A DNA stretch of 63,176 nucleotides, filler included, from Halorussus marinus (GTDB taxonomy: Archaea; Halobacteriota; Halobacteria; Halobacteriales; Haladaptataceae), in the NCBI RefSeq assembly GCF_004765795.1. It is 4 parts of 4 records of this genome, joined end to end, with 100 filler letters (N's around TTAATTAATTAA, not from the genome) between each part and the next. Parts side by side here need not be neighbours in the genome. Positions count along the whole stretch, not along the records: positions 27,703 to 49,205 come from NZ_SBIV01000016.1; 3 more parts are not named here. The stretch is one strand, 5' to 3'. Position numbers and translations under genes: made by a program. The notes beneath the pieces were generated by a model. That model was not told the DNA's origin. It saw only the letters and a list, made by a program, of their open reading frames with translations, and searched no databases. Shown piece by piece: positions 28,572 to 37,858 of this stretch. The first letter of the stretch is position 1; every line of letters begins with the position of its first letter.

Positions 28572-29096
28572 ATGGAACGTGGGGAGTACGTGATTGATAC
28601 TGACGATGACGACCCAGACGTGGCGATCGTCGTGGATCGGCCTGACGCCTCGATTGACGCGATTCCGGTTGGAGAGGGAGAGCGAACGGTCGCCGATGAT
28701 AACCCAGACTACGATGCTGACGAGCCTGCGGTGGTCGTTGCCTTCGTTGAATCAGGACTTGACGCCCACTGGTCTGACTGGACGGACGCTGCGCCAGAAG
28801 ACCTTGCGGAGGGAGCGCACGCTCACGACGTGACGCTCTATACGTTCCCGAAGTCGCGGCTCTCGACACTGAGTGATGAGGAGGCTGCAACACTCCGTGC
28901 GGACACGACAGTGGACAGAGAGGCACTGCGCGCTCGACTTGCTGACGCCGACTGGGACATCGAGCAAGCTGACGACGGGTCGTTACTCGTCGAGAAGATG
29001 GGCGAGCAGTATCGCATCTCCCCAACAGGGATGGTCGAAGGTGAGGGAGAAATACGCGAACCGCTGGAAAACATCGTGACCCAATACAGCGAGTGA
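28572..29096 (+). CDS. Conserved haloarchaeal hypothetical protein
   Basis: TVADDNPDY....VVVAF and YTFPKSRL motifs; acidic. Confidence 0.75.
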   Translation: MERGEYVIDTDDDDPDVAIVVDRPDASIDAIPVGEGERTVADDNPDYDADEPAVVVAFVESGLDAHWSDWTDAAPEDLAEGAHAHDVTLYTFPKSRLSTLSDEEAATLRADTTVDREALRARLADADWDIEQADDGSLLVEKMGEQYRISPTGMVEGEGEIREPLENIVTQYSE

Positions 29097-29196
29097 AACG
29101 AGCCTGATATCAAGCAGCGGAACCAGATACGGTGAAGAGAGAGCAAAGTGCGGTAGGTGCCCAGAGGCTTTTGGCCTGTGCTGATGAAGACAACGT

Positions 29197-30177
29197 ATGC
29201 CGTTCAGCGCAAGTTGGCACACGCTTCTCGATCACGCTGAGGAGTTACCGTCTGATGCGACACTTCTCACGCCACTATCGCGCAAATCTTTTCGTCTGAC
29301 CGATGTGCAGGAACACCGGATCCTCATCACGTATCGAGATGACGACGGAACCACTCCACTCCAGCGCGACCAGTTTGAAACACTATTCCAGCGTGTACAA
29401 GACGCCCACGCTGGCTTCGAGTTGGACCGACTGCCAGCAGACGCCGAACCATACGCGACTGTACTGAGTCTCCATCCCAGGTTCGAACTCGATGACAGAG
29501 ACGGGACGCTGACAGAGACGGAGACGCCAACGAGCTCCCCGCTTGTTGACGCTCACGAGGTGGCTAGTGAGACATCTGACCGAGAAGAGCCAGATATCCC
29601 AGTCTACGCCGATACCCTCCTGCTGATTGACGCACTCGAGCGCCACGATCCGACTGACCTTGAAGAGACGGAGACGCCCGCACTGGTGAACCTCTACACG
29701 TTGCTGTCAGATGTCCAGCGGAATGCGAACGATCTCCGGCAAGAGGTACGTGCCGTACTGCTTGACCGACTCCATCATGACCAGCCAGTCAGCGGCCAAT
29801 ACGGCTCAGTCCAGCGCACGTCACGCCGGAATCGCTCGCTCAAAGATGAGGAGGAGGTGCTCAGCGTATTAGAAGAGACAGGGATTGACCGAGAGCGTGT
29901 GACGACCGTGGATTCCAGTAAGGTTGATGAAGCACTGGAAGTGGCCGAACTCGCTGAATCGGACGTGTACGACATCACAGAGAGTGAATACGTCCGGAAA
30001 GCTGAGGTAGATCAGGAAACCAAGCAGTCCCGGCTGCAAGGGTTGAAAGACCAGCTTGCTGCCACGGACGAGAACACCGAAGAACTTCAGCAGGAAATTG
30101 AGGAGTTAGAAGCTCGGATTGACGACCTCACGAGCTTCGACTCGGGAACAACATTCCGCACAACCTCCCAGGAATGA
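29197..30177 (+). CDS. Hypothetical plasmid protein with C-terminal coiled coil
   Basis: 326-aa acidic ORF with heptad C-terminus. Confidence 0.8.
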   Translation: MPFSASWHTLLDHAEELPSDATLLTPLSRKSFRLTDVQEHRILITYRDDDGTTPLQRDQFETLFQRVQDAHAGFELDRLPADAEPYATVLSLHPRFELDDRDGTLTETETPTSSPLVDAHEVASETSDREEPDIPVYADTLLLIDALERHDPTDLEETETPALVNLYTLLSDVQRNANDLRQEVRAVLLDRLHHDQPVSGQYGSVQRTSRRNRSLKDEEEVLSVLEETGIDRERVTTVDSSKVDEALEVAELAESDVYDITESEYVRKAEVDQETKQSRLQGLKDQLAATDENTEELQQEIEELEARIDDLTSFDSGTTFRTTSQE

Positions 30178-30250
30178 CTGCGTTGGTACAGACGACTCGT
30201 TTTCAGCGACAGCGAAAGTTCCAACAGCGATTTCCTGACGGGATACCGGA

Positions 30251-30400
30251 TCACAGCCGATAACTCGCTACCTCGGAACTGCCGCACGCGGGACAGTGAT
30301 CCACGTCCGCTGACTCCAGATTGGCGCCACACCGTCTGCATTCCACCACGGACTCATAGGAATCTTCCGAGCGGAGCACGCGCTTGAAGAGACGTATCAT
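30251..30400 (-). CDS. Small CPxCG-type zinc-finger micro-protein
   Basis: ECRRCG...HCPACGS; coupled to the upstream gene (ATGA). Confidence 0.75.
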   Translation of the reverse strand: MIRLFKRVLRSEDSYESVVECRRCGANLESADVDHCPACGSSEVASYRL

Positions 30401-30549
30401 ACGTCTGGATCGATAACGTCGCCGCAGCTTGGGCACTCTGCCCAGTATCGTGGTTCGTCCCCCGTCTCGTACTCAATCAAGACGTGACGGTGTTGGATCT
30501 CTTCATCGCAGCGTGGACACCCTCCAAGTCGAGGATTCTGGGAACTCAT
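30397..30549 (-). CDS. Small CPxCG-type zinc-finger micro-protein
   Basis: LGGCPRC...VLIEYE...WAECPSCGDVIDP. Confidence 0.8.
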   Translation of the reverse strand: MSSQNPRLGGCPRCDEEIQHRHVLIEYETGDEPRYWAECPSCGDVIDPDV

Positions 30550-30819
30550 AGTGTAGCGCGTTCCAAAGGGGAGTACAGCCTTCCACGGGTGAAGGCCGAG
30601 TTCTTCGGGAGCGTGTGACAGAGGGAGTGAACCACCCTCTGCCCGAGACAAGAACTGGCAGCCCCATATAGGTCATCCTACCACGGTGAAACTGATCAGT
30701 AGACTGTCGAGGTGTATGTCCAAGCTCACTAACCTTTAAGTCGCGCTTGTGTATACCGTGAGTATAGAAATTATGTACCGCGGGACACGCTCGACCCTAT
30801 CCCGCACACCAGGTCACTT

Positions 30820-30951
30820 ATGCCGACAATCAAAGTCAACGACTGGACAAAAGAACAGCTTGAAGATATCAAGGAGGAAGAAGACCACTCATCGTTCGAC
30901 TCGGTCATCAAATCACTCCTCAAAGAACGCGAACGCTCTCCAGAAAACTAA
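30820..30951 (+). CDS. 43-aa ribbon-helix-helix/antitoxin-like regulator heading the defence operon (not in ORF track)
   Basis: MPTIKVNDWTKEQLEDIK....SSFDSVIKSLL; ends 3 nt before the ATPase ATG. Confidence 0.75.
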   Translation: MPTIKVNDWTKEQLEDIKEEEDHSSFDSVIKSLLKERERSPEN

Positions 30952-30954
30952 GCC

Positions 30955-33750
30955 ATGACAGACCACGTAATTGCCGACTATATCTCCCCAAGCGACGAAA
31001 TCACCACTGAAGACGGTGATATCAGTTCGTCCGGACTGCTCGACGAGGTCAATCTGTACAACCTCTACGACGACCGCGAATCACCCGAGCAAGACGCCGA
31101 ACGTATCCTTGAGATCACGTACCCAACCGACACCCTCACTAGGATCATCCAAAATACCGCTCGCACTCTCCACGGTGAGGACGAATTTTCCGAGGGCGGG
31201 CAGATCATCGGCGGCGGGTACGGGAGCGGGAAAAGCCACATTGAGCTAGTCATATACCACCTGTTCAATTCGCCCGGACTCGGCCAGAAATGGCTTGACC
31301 AGCAAGGCATCGATGTGAGCCTTCCAGACGAAACGAGAACCGCCGCCCTTCAGATGTTCAATCTGGACAAGGAATACAATCTCCTCTCCGAAGCTGTCGG
31401 AGACTACCTTGGAATCGAGGAGTGGGAAGGCGACACCCGACTCCCAACCGTCCATCAAATCCGGGACACACTCGAAGGAACCCCCACGCTCGTTCTGCTG
31501 GACGAATTCGAGCGCTGGTTCGGGATGAACGACCGTTCAGAGTACCAGGAGGACAATAAGGCTTTCCTGCAAAATCTGCTCGAAGCCGCTGGTCGAGACG
31601 ATACGCAACTCAGCGTGTTCCTCTCCCTCCTCTACGAGGACGAAGACATCCAAGCAGTCGCCCAACGCACAAACCCATTCACCTACGATCTATCCTCACG
31701 GCGGGACGAGAAAATCGACTTCCTCCTCCACCGACTCATCGGCTCCGTAGACGACCCCACAGGCGTCGCTGATCTCGCCAAAGAATACACCGACGTCTAC
31801 CGGCAAAACGATCAAATCCAGCTTGAGGACTACCAGCACTTCCAGGATCGCATCGAACGGTACTACCCGTTCCATCCAGTCACGCTGGACCTGCTGATGG
31901 AGAAATACTCCGAACAACGCATCAGTTCTGATGCCCGCGGCCTCCTCCGATTCCTCACCGAAATCCTCGCAGACAACTACTCAAAGGTAGACCTCATCCT
32001 GACTGGCGACGTCGATGTCTTCGACTATGCTGACCGGTTCCAGTACATCGACAACGAACTCGTCGGGAAATACATCAACGACTACCATCGGCTCCAAAAC
32101 TCGGACGAATCGTTCGACGAATTTATTGAAGAACTCACCAACATCGTCCTGCTGCACAGTCTCGCCCGGGCAGGCGAGGAAGGAGCGAACAAACGCCAGA
32201 TGCTGATGGGAACGATGCGCAAAGGCATCAACGCCCATCGTATTATCCAGACGTTCACCGAGAACGTCTACGGTCACGCCTGGCACATCCATCGCATCAA
32301 CGGCGAATACGCGTTCGACGTAGACGAGAACCCAGCGGCCCGCATCGAAAAGAAAGCCGAAGATATCCACAAGCACGACGCGATTCACCGCATCGAGTCC
32401 CTCGTCCGAGACAACCTCTTCGACAACCGCAACAACGTCTACATCCTCGATCCGGTGAACACCGAGCAAGACATCCCGGATAACAAGGCGCTGAAGATCG
32501 TCGTGATGCTGAACGCCAAGCAGAATTACAACGACGAATTCGAGGCGCTGACGACCGGCCAAGAACGTGAATTCCACAATACGCTCGCTCTGGTCACGCC
32601 CGAAAAACGCTCCAGCATCGACTCGAACACGGGCATCATCGAACTAGCTCGAAAAGTCGTTGCTGGGGAACAACTTGACCGAGAAGAGGAAGTCCTCCCG
32701 GAGGGATTCGAGGAAATCCACGAGCAGAACAAGAAAAACCTCCGTGATCGGGTCAGCGACAAGTTCGGGACCGTTCATCGTCCGACAGGCCGTGGTCTAT
32801 ACCCGGAAGACCTCCCAAGTGGCGACCACGTCGATTACTACGACGCCACGGTTAGTATCATCGAACCGGACTACAGTCACCTGAAATCCGAGGTCGAAGA
32901 CGCCATCGAAGACGCGGGCGCGGGCGGTATACAGTATGAGCACCTCCGAAACGATTTCTACCGGAACACCGAGTACCCGACACTCACCAGCGACGACGAA
33001 CTGGAGGACGCTCTGGATGACTTGTGCCGGGAGGGGGCCATCAAGGCCGGGAACTACTTCGAAGAACGGCTACCCAATATCGGGAACGACACGAACCTCG
33101 TCCACGAGAAATACATCGAAGAAGACGACGATGACGATGATGAGACTGCCGAGATAACTATCGATACGACGGGGACAACTGAGACTGACGACGGCTCAGA
33201 TGGTGACAGCGACGGTGAATCCCAATCGACAACTGACGCAGGGACGACCAGTAGCGGAGGGGTTCTCGAATGTCCGCAGTGTGGCCGAGAATTAGATGGG
33301 AATACCTGCGAGTGCGGCTTCGAATTTGACTCAACAGACGTGAAGGAAGGCCGGGTGACGGTCGAGGGCGCCACGACTGAGGAAATCCTTGATGAGTTCG
33401 GACTGGACGACGAGCCGTCTGGGCCGAAAACACAGTCCGTTCCGATTATGGGCACGTTGGAAGCGGATAACAAGCCCGACATGATCGACATGCTGGAGCG
33501 GAAAATCGGGATGGAGTGGGACATCCACTCCGCCACAATCACCGTTGAGGGAACACTGACAGCAGACGACCTCGAACACTACGGGATTTCAGCTGATGCC
33601 CTCGATGAGAAGATTTCAGTCGATGAAACTCTCGAAATCGAGCCTGACGAACCGCTCTCCAGGCAGTCGTTCCTGAGCCTCATCTGGGATCTGAACGTCC
33701 CCGAGAACGCATCACTCGACGTCAGCATGCAGGTGGACAAGAATGAGTAA
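30955..33750 (+). CDS. DUF499/BrxC-like AAA+ ATPase
   Basis: Walker A GGYGSGKSH, Walker B VLLDEFE, YYPFHP, RGLLRFL; acidic linker and CPQC..CEC ribbon near the C-terminus. Confidence 0.85.
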   Translation: MTDHVIADYISPSDEITTEDGDISSSGLLDEVNLYNLYDDRESPEQDAERILEITYPTDTLTRIIQNTARTLHGEDEFSEGGQIIGGGYGSGKSHIELVIYHLFNSPGLGQKWLDQQGIDVSLPDETRTAALQMFNLDKEYNLLSEAVGDYLGIEEWEGDTRLPTVHQIRDTLEGTPTLVLLDEFERWFGMNDRSEYQEDNKAFLQNLLEAAGRDDTQLSVFLSLLYEDEDIQAVAQRTNPFTYDLSSRRDEKIDFLLHRLIGSVDDPTGVADLAKEYTDVYRQNDQIQLEDYQHFQDRIERYYPFHPVTLDLLMEKYSEQRISSDARGLLRFLTEILADNYSKVDLILTGDVDVFDYADRFQYIDNELVGKYINDYHRLQNSDESFDEFIEELTNIVLLHSLARAGEEGANKRQMLMGTMRKGINAHRIIQTFTENVYGHAWHIHRINGEYAFDVDENPAARIEKKAEDIHKHDAIHRIESLVRDNLFDNRNNVYILDPVNTEQDIPDNKALKIVVMLNAKQNYNDEFEALTTGQEREFHNTLALVTPEKRSSIDSNTGIIELARKVVAGEQLDREEEVLPEGFEEIHEQNKKNLRDRVSDKFGTVHRPTGRGLYPEDLPSGDHVDYYDATVSIIEPDYSHLKSEVEDAIEDAGAGGIQYEHLRNDFYRNTEYPTLTSDDELEDALDDLCREGAIKAGNYFEERLPNIGNDTNLVHEKYIEEDDDDDDETAEITIDTTGTTETDDGSDGDSDGESQSTTDAGTTSSGGVLECPQCGRELDGNTCECGFEFDSTDVKEGRVTVEGATTEEILDEFGLDDEPSGPKTQSVPIMGTLEADNKPDMIDMLERKIGMEWDIHSATITVEGTLTADDLEHYGISADALDEKISVDETLEIEPDEPLSRQSFLSLIWDLNVPENASLDVSMQVDKNE

Positions 33751-34681
33751 CGCGCTCTACGGTACGTCCGAACTCGAAACCCTGCTTACGGGAGACTCTG
33801 TCTTCGATGGAGTCTTCGAAACACTTCGGCATATCTGGGGTGATCCAGCCGCGCTCAGTGACCGGGAACTAGCGCATTCTGAGTACCGGACACGCCTACT
33901 TGAACGCGAGCTTGCGGAACTGTATCCACCCCTGTACGACGAGTTGATCGCGGCAACTGGTGACCACCCCCTCACACAGATTGAGGACGGTACCGGCGTC
34001 ATCATGGACGCGTTGAGCCTTCGTGAAGGATTCCGGCTTGAACAAGAGCTGGCTGACGAATACGATTGGGAGGTTTCCCTTTCGTGGGCACCAATCGAAC
34101 GGTTGCCGAGCGAAACTCAGTTCATCACTCGGGAATGGTTTGATGCACACAGTCCATCGGCTGTGTCACGTGACGACTTCCGGTTCATTGGCGAAATGGA
34201 AGTCCCGAAGCTTCCCGGAACATCGCCGGAATACGTGTGGACTCGGCATCCGGACCAGCGTCTCGAAGGCGCACTGAAGGGGAACTACTCGAACGAAGAA
34301 GTTGGGGACATCTACGAGGACGTGAAGACTCTCCTCACGGACATCATTCACGAGAGTATCCACGATGAGTTCTTGGTCACGAGTGATCACGGGTATGTGA
34401 ACCACCTGGGCAATTCACCTTATTCGGTGACTGACGAACAGGAAGAGGCGTTGTCGAGTAAGTTCAGCGGTCGGTTCACGGAAGTTGGAAACGGCCAGGC
34501 GTACCAGCTGCTCGAGGACGCTGACATTCTTAAGCGAGTAGGTGACTACTACGTGATAAGAGGTCACTACACGTGGACGAAACGCGGTGCGACGAAGAAA
34601 ATCATGCACGGTGGGCTCAGTCTTCCCGAGTGCATGACGCCCGTCCTTCGAATCAATACGACCCCGACTGGAGGTGCCTAA
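33743..34681 (+). CDS. PglZ-like alkaline-phosphatase-superfamily protein
   Basis: IMDALS, LPSET, VTSDHGY, HGGLSLPE motifs. Confidence 0.85.
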   Translation: MSNALYGTSELETLLTGDSVFDGVFETLRHIWGDPAALSDRELAHSEYRTRLLERELAELYPPLYDELIAATGDHPLTQIEDGTGVIMDALSLREGFRLEQELADEYDWEVSLSWAPIERLPSETQFITREWFDAHSPSAVSRDDFRFIGEMEVPKLPGTSPEYVWTRHPDQRLEGALKGNYSNEEVGDIYEDVKTLLTDIIHESIHDEFLVTSDHGYVNHLGNSPYSVTDEQEEALSSKFSGRFTEVGNGQAYQLLEDADILKRVGDYYVIRGHYTWTKRGATKKIMHGGLSLPECMTPVLRINTTPTGGA

Positions 34682-34684
34682 ATC

Positions 34685-37333
34685 ATGCAAACTTGGGATA
34701 AGCTACCCCTCGAGCTGATGGACGAACTGGCCGAGAAAGAGACCTATCGACGCGACGTCTACCGCCCACTCTACTCACTGCACAAGTGGTGGGCGCGGCG
34801 TCCCGGCTCCACGTTCCGATGTCTTGGTCTTGCAGCTCTGACAGACGACACGATCAGCAAAGACGACATCCTCACAGAGCGAAATTCCGGCACACACGAC
34901 GGGTTGTATCTTGACTCGTACCACGAGCAGTACAACCCGAACGACAAGCACATCGACCGCGATGTCACTGTCATGGATCCATTTGCAGGCGGAGGGACGA
35001 CGCTAGCGGAGTTGAATCGACTTGGTGCTGACGTCGTCGGGTACGAACTCAACCCGGTTGCCTGGTGGACCGAGAAAAAGATGATGGACGATGTGAATCT
35101 GGAGGTCCTTGAACAGGAATTTGACCGGATTCTCGAAGAAACACGCGACGAACTCGGAGACTACTACACCACCATCGACCCCGACACTGGCCAGGAGTGC
35201 GAAGCCCTCTACTACTTCCAGTCACAGCGCATCCCCTGCCTCACCTGCGAGGAAGAAGTCCAACTCTTCCCCCGCTACCAACTCAGCAAAACCAAGAAAA
35301 CCCGCCCCGGCGTCCTCTACTGCCCCAACCAAGCCTGCGACGACCGCATCATCGAACTCGAAAACAGAGACAAAGGCCTCGACGCAGGCACCGAAATCGA
35401 ACTCGAAAACGGGGACACAGCCACCATCTCCGAAGACGGCAACGAAATCTGCCCCACATGCGGCCACGAATTCGACCCGAACAACGGCACCTACGGCCGC
35501 GGCAAGTACACCTGCTCGAACGGCCACAAACACGACGTGAAAGAGACGCTGCAACGCCTCGACGAACGCCCGACGTTTGATCGATTCGCACTCCAGTACC
35601 GCGATCCCCGAGGCAACAAACGCATCAAAGAATTCGATGAGCACGACGCCGAACGCGTTGCCAAAGCCAAGGAACGCCTCCAGGAACTCTACGACGGCCT
35701 CCGCATCCCTGAACAAGCCATCCCCGACGGGGACAAGACCGGTGCACTCCTCAACTACAACTACGACCAGTTCAATGAACTGTTCACCGACCGCCACCTC
35801 CTCACGTTCGGCCTCCTGTTCAAGGAAGCCTGGGAAGTCCGACACAAGGACTTCGACGACGCAGACCCCCAGAACATCGCCGAATTTCTCGTCACCTCCG
35901 TCTCGAACACGCTCATCCGCGCCGGCAACCTCTGCGTCTGGGACGTGTACACCGCAAAGAGCGATCAAGTCTTCAAACGCCACGCCTACATCCCCCGCGC
36001 TCAACCCGTCGAATCCAACCCACTCAACCACGACGAAAACGTCGCCTCCCTGAACAACGCCTTCCGCAAAGTCTACCGCGCCAAGGAATTCTGCGAACGC
36101 CCCTTCGAGAAAGTCAAAAACCGAAAGAACGGCGATGTCGAACAGTTCTACGTAGAGTCTGAATCAATCACGGAGGACCGAGTTAGCAGCCTCAATTGCA
36201 AAACCTCCGAGCGGATGGAGGAAAACGACGAGTCGGTCGATTTCGTCATCACGGACCCGCCGTACTACGACAACGTCCAGTACTCGGAGCTTTCGGACTA
36301 CTTCTACGTCTGGCTTCGGGAAGTACTCAAGGACGAGTACGAGGAATTCGAACCAGAACTCGTCCCGAAGGCACGGGAGATCGTCGCCAATTCGAGTGCC
36401 AACAAAGGCGAGGACTTCTTTGTTGAGTCGCTAACGAACGTGTTTAGTGAAGCACACCGTGTCCTCAAACAGGACGGCGAACTGATCTTCACCTATCACC
36501 ACAACGAAAACGAAGCCTGGTCGGTGATCTTGGAGGCAATCATCGAGTCTGGGTTCACTGTTGCCGGTGCGTACCCCGTCCAGTCTGAGATGCCGAACAA
36601 TCCCCATATCTCAGATCTCGACAACGCAGAATACGACATCCTCATCTTCGCCAACAAAGAGAACACTGACGAAGACATCACGCTCGAAGAACTGCGACAA
36701 GACCTCTATTTCGAGTTGCAGGATATGATTGCGGAAGAGCGGGAGCGGCACGAGAACCTCTCCACAGCGGACCTCGGTGTGATTCTTCGTGGGAAGTCGA
36801 TGTACTACTACTCGAAGCACTATCCAAACGTCTACACCGATGGTGAGCAGGTCGGGATCGAGGAGGTCCTTGATACGGTAGACTCGGTGATCGAACAGGC
36901 GCTGGAGGGAACGGTGAACCTTCCGCAGAGTATCGATCCGATCACGCAGGCGTACGCGGCGTTCTGCCAGCGCGGCAGCGAGGACTATGACGATCTGAAC
37001 AAGCACTTGCTGGCGAAGAACCTGAACGTGAGCGACCTTGAAGACGAGAAACTCGTCAAAGGCCCACGCAACAAAAAGGAGCCAATGACAGCTGATGAGC
37101 GCATCAACTACATTGAAGGGAAGCTCAACAGCAACGGTGACAACGGCCACGACTTACTGGATATCGACCGCGTGCAGTACCTCTACCACCTGTACAAGAC
37201 AGACCAGAACACGACGGAGTACCTGAAAGAGTGGAAGTCGGACGATCTCGAAGACTTGGCAGAGTTCATGGCCGACGTGAGTGGTGACGAACGGTACGAG
37301 AACGTGATGGACATGACACTCCAACAATTCTAA
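34685..37333 (+). CDS. DUF1156-like amino-DNA methyltransferase with Zn ribbons
   Basis: HKWWARR, SAM motif DPFAGGG, catalytic TDPPYYD, Cys clusters (CLTC, CPNQAC, CPTC). Confidence 0.92.
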   Translation: MQTWDKLPLELMDELAEKETYRRDVYRPLYSLHKWWARRPGSTFRCLGLAALTDDTISKDDILTERNSGTHDGLYLDSYHEQYNPNDKHIDRDVTVMDPFAGGGTTLAELNRLGADVVGYELNPVAWWTEKKMMDDVNLEVLEQEFDRILEETRDELGDYYTTIDPDTGQECEALYYFQSQRIPCLTCEEEVQLFPRYQLSKTKKTRPGVLYCPNQACDDRIIELENRDKGLDAGTEIELENGDTATISEDGNEICPTCGHEFDPNNGTYGRGKYTCSNGHKHDVKETLQRLDERPTFDRFALQYRDPRGNKRIKEFDEHDAERVAKAKERLQELYDGLRIPEQAIPDGDKTGALLNYNYDQFNELFTDRHLLTFGLLFKEAWEVRHKDFDDADPQNIAEFLVTSVSNTLIRAGNLCVWDVYTAKSDQVFKRHAYIPRAQPVESNPLNHDENVASLNNAFRKVYRAKEFCERPFEKVKNRKNGDVEQFYVESESITEDRVSSLNCKTSERMEENDESVDFVITDPPYYDNVQYSELSDYFYVWLREVLKDEYEEFEPELVPKAREIVANSSANKGEDFFVESLTNVFSEAHRVLKQDGELIFTYHHNENEAWSVILEAIIESGFTVAGAYPVQSEMPNNPHISDLDNAEYDILIFANKENTDEDITLEELRQDLYFELQDMIAEERERHENLSTADLGVILRGKSMYYYSKHYPNVYTDGEQVGIEEVLDTVDSVIEQALEGTVNLPQSIDPITQAYAAFCQRGSEDYDDLNKHLLAKNLNVSDLEDEKLVKGPRNKKEPMTADERINYIEGKLNSNGDNGHDLLDIDRVQYLYHLYKTDQNTTEYLKEWKSDDLEDLAEFMADVSGDERYENVMDMTLQQF

Positions 37334-37335
37334 CC

Positions 37336-37725
37336 ATGCCACTACGACCCGGCTACAACATCGTGACTGATCCGGTTGCCGAGACAGACTCGTCGCTGGC
37401 AGCGCTTGAGTTCTTCCGTCAAGTCGCTAATGACGGCAACGTGCAGACACCGGTCACGGTGACCGGGCTCGAGGATCTGCTATACAACGTGGTTGAGGAC
37501 GAACGTAGTGATGTGGTGGCTCGACTTCGACAGGTGCTGCGAAGCTCTGAATCACTGGGGTCGATGGATGCTGTGCAATTTCTCGTCGACGGGCAACTCG
37601 TAGACGATGTTGAATTCCGCGTGCGGATCGAGCGTGCTGAAGGCGGCGTGTATCTCGATATTGGACAGCTGTTCGTTGAGGCGCCTCAGCAACTTTCACC
37701 GACGCACGCTGTCGCGCGAAAGTGA
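37336..37725 (+). CDS. Small terminal operon protein, possibly a BrxB/BrxF-like inactive NTPase fold
   Basis: 2 nt after the methylase stop; VTVTGLEDLL resembles a degenerate Walker B strand. Confidence 0.65.
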   Translation: MPLRPGYNIVTDPVAETDSSLAALEFFRQVANDGNVQTPVTVTGLEDLLYNVVEDERSDVVARLRQVLRSSESLGSMDAVQFLVDGQLVDDVEFRVRIERAEGGVYLDIGQLFVEAPQQLSPTHAVARK

Positions 37726-37858
37726 CCTGATCACGGTGAAAAGGTCAGTCATCAACTAGTTCTTTTCCGCCTTCGACGTTTTGTCAGTAATCTCTGACGC
37801 TCATCTGTAGACACGAGTACGTGGATCAGATTAGTTCTGGACTCGGCGGGGGGCAGGA

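Noticed and set aside
30749..30958. 69-aa ORF from the track upstream of the defence ATPase
   Set aside because: Basic and motif-less; the overlapping 30820-30951 frame gives a convincing RHH-like protein instead.
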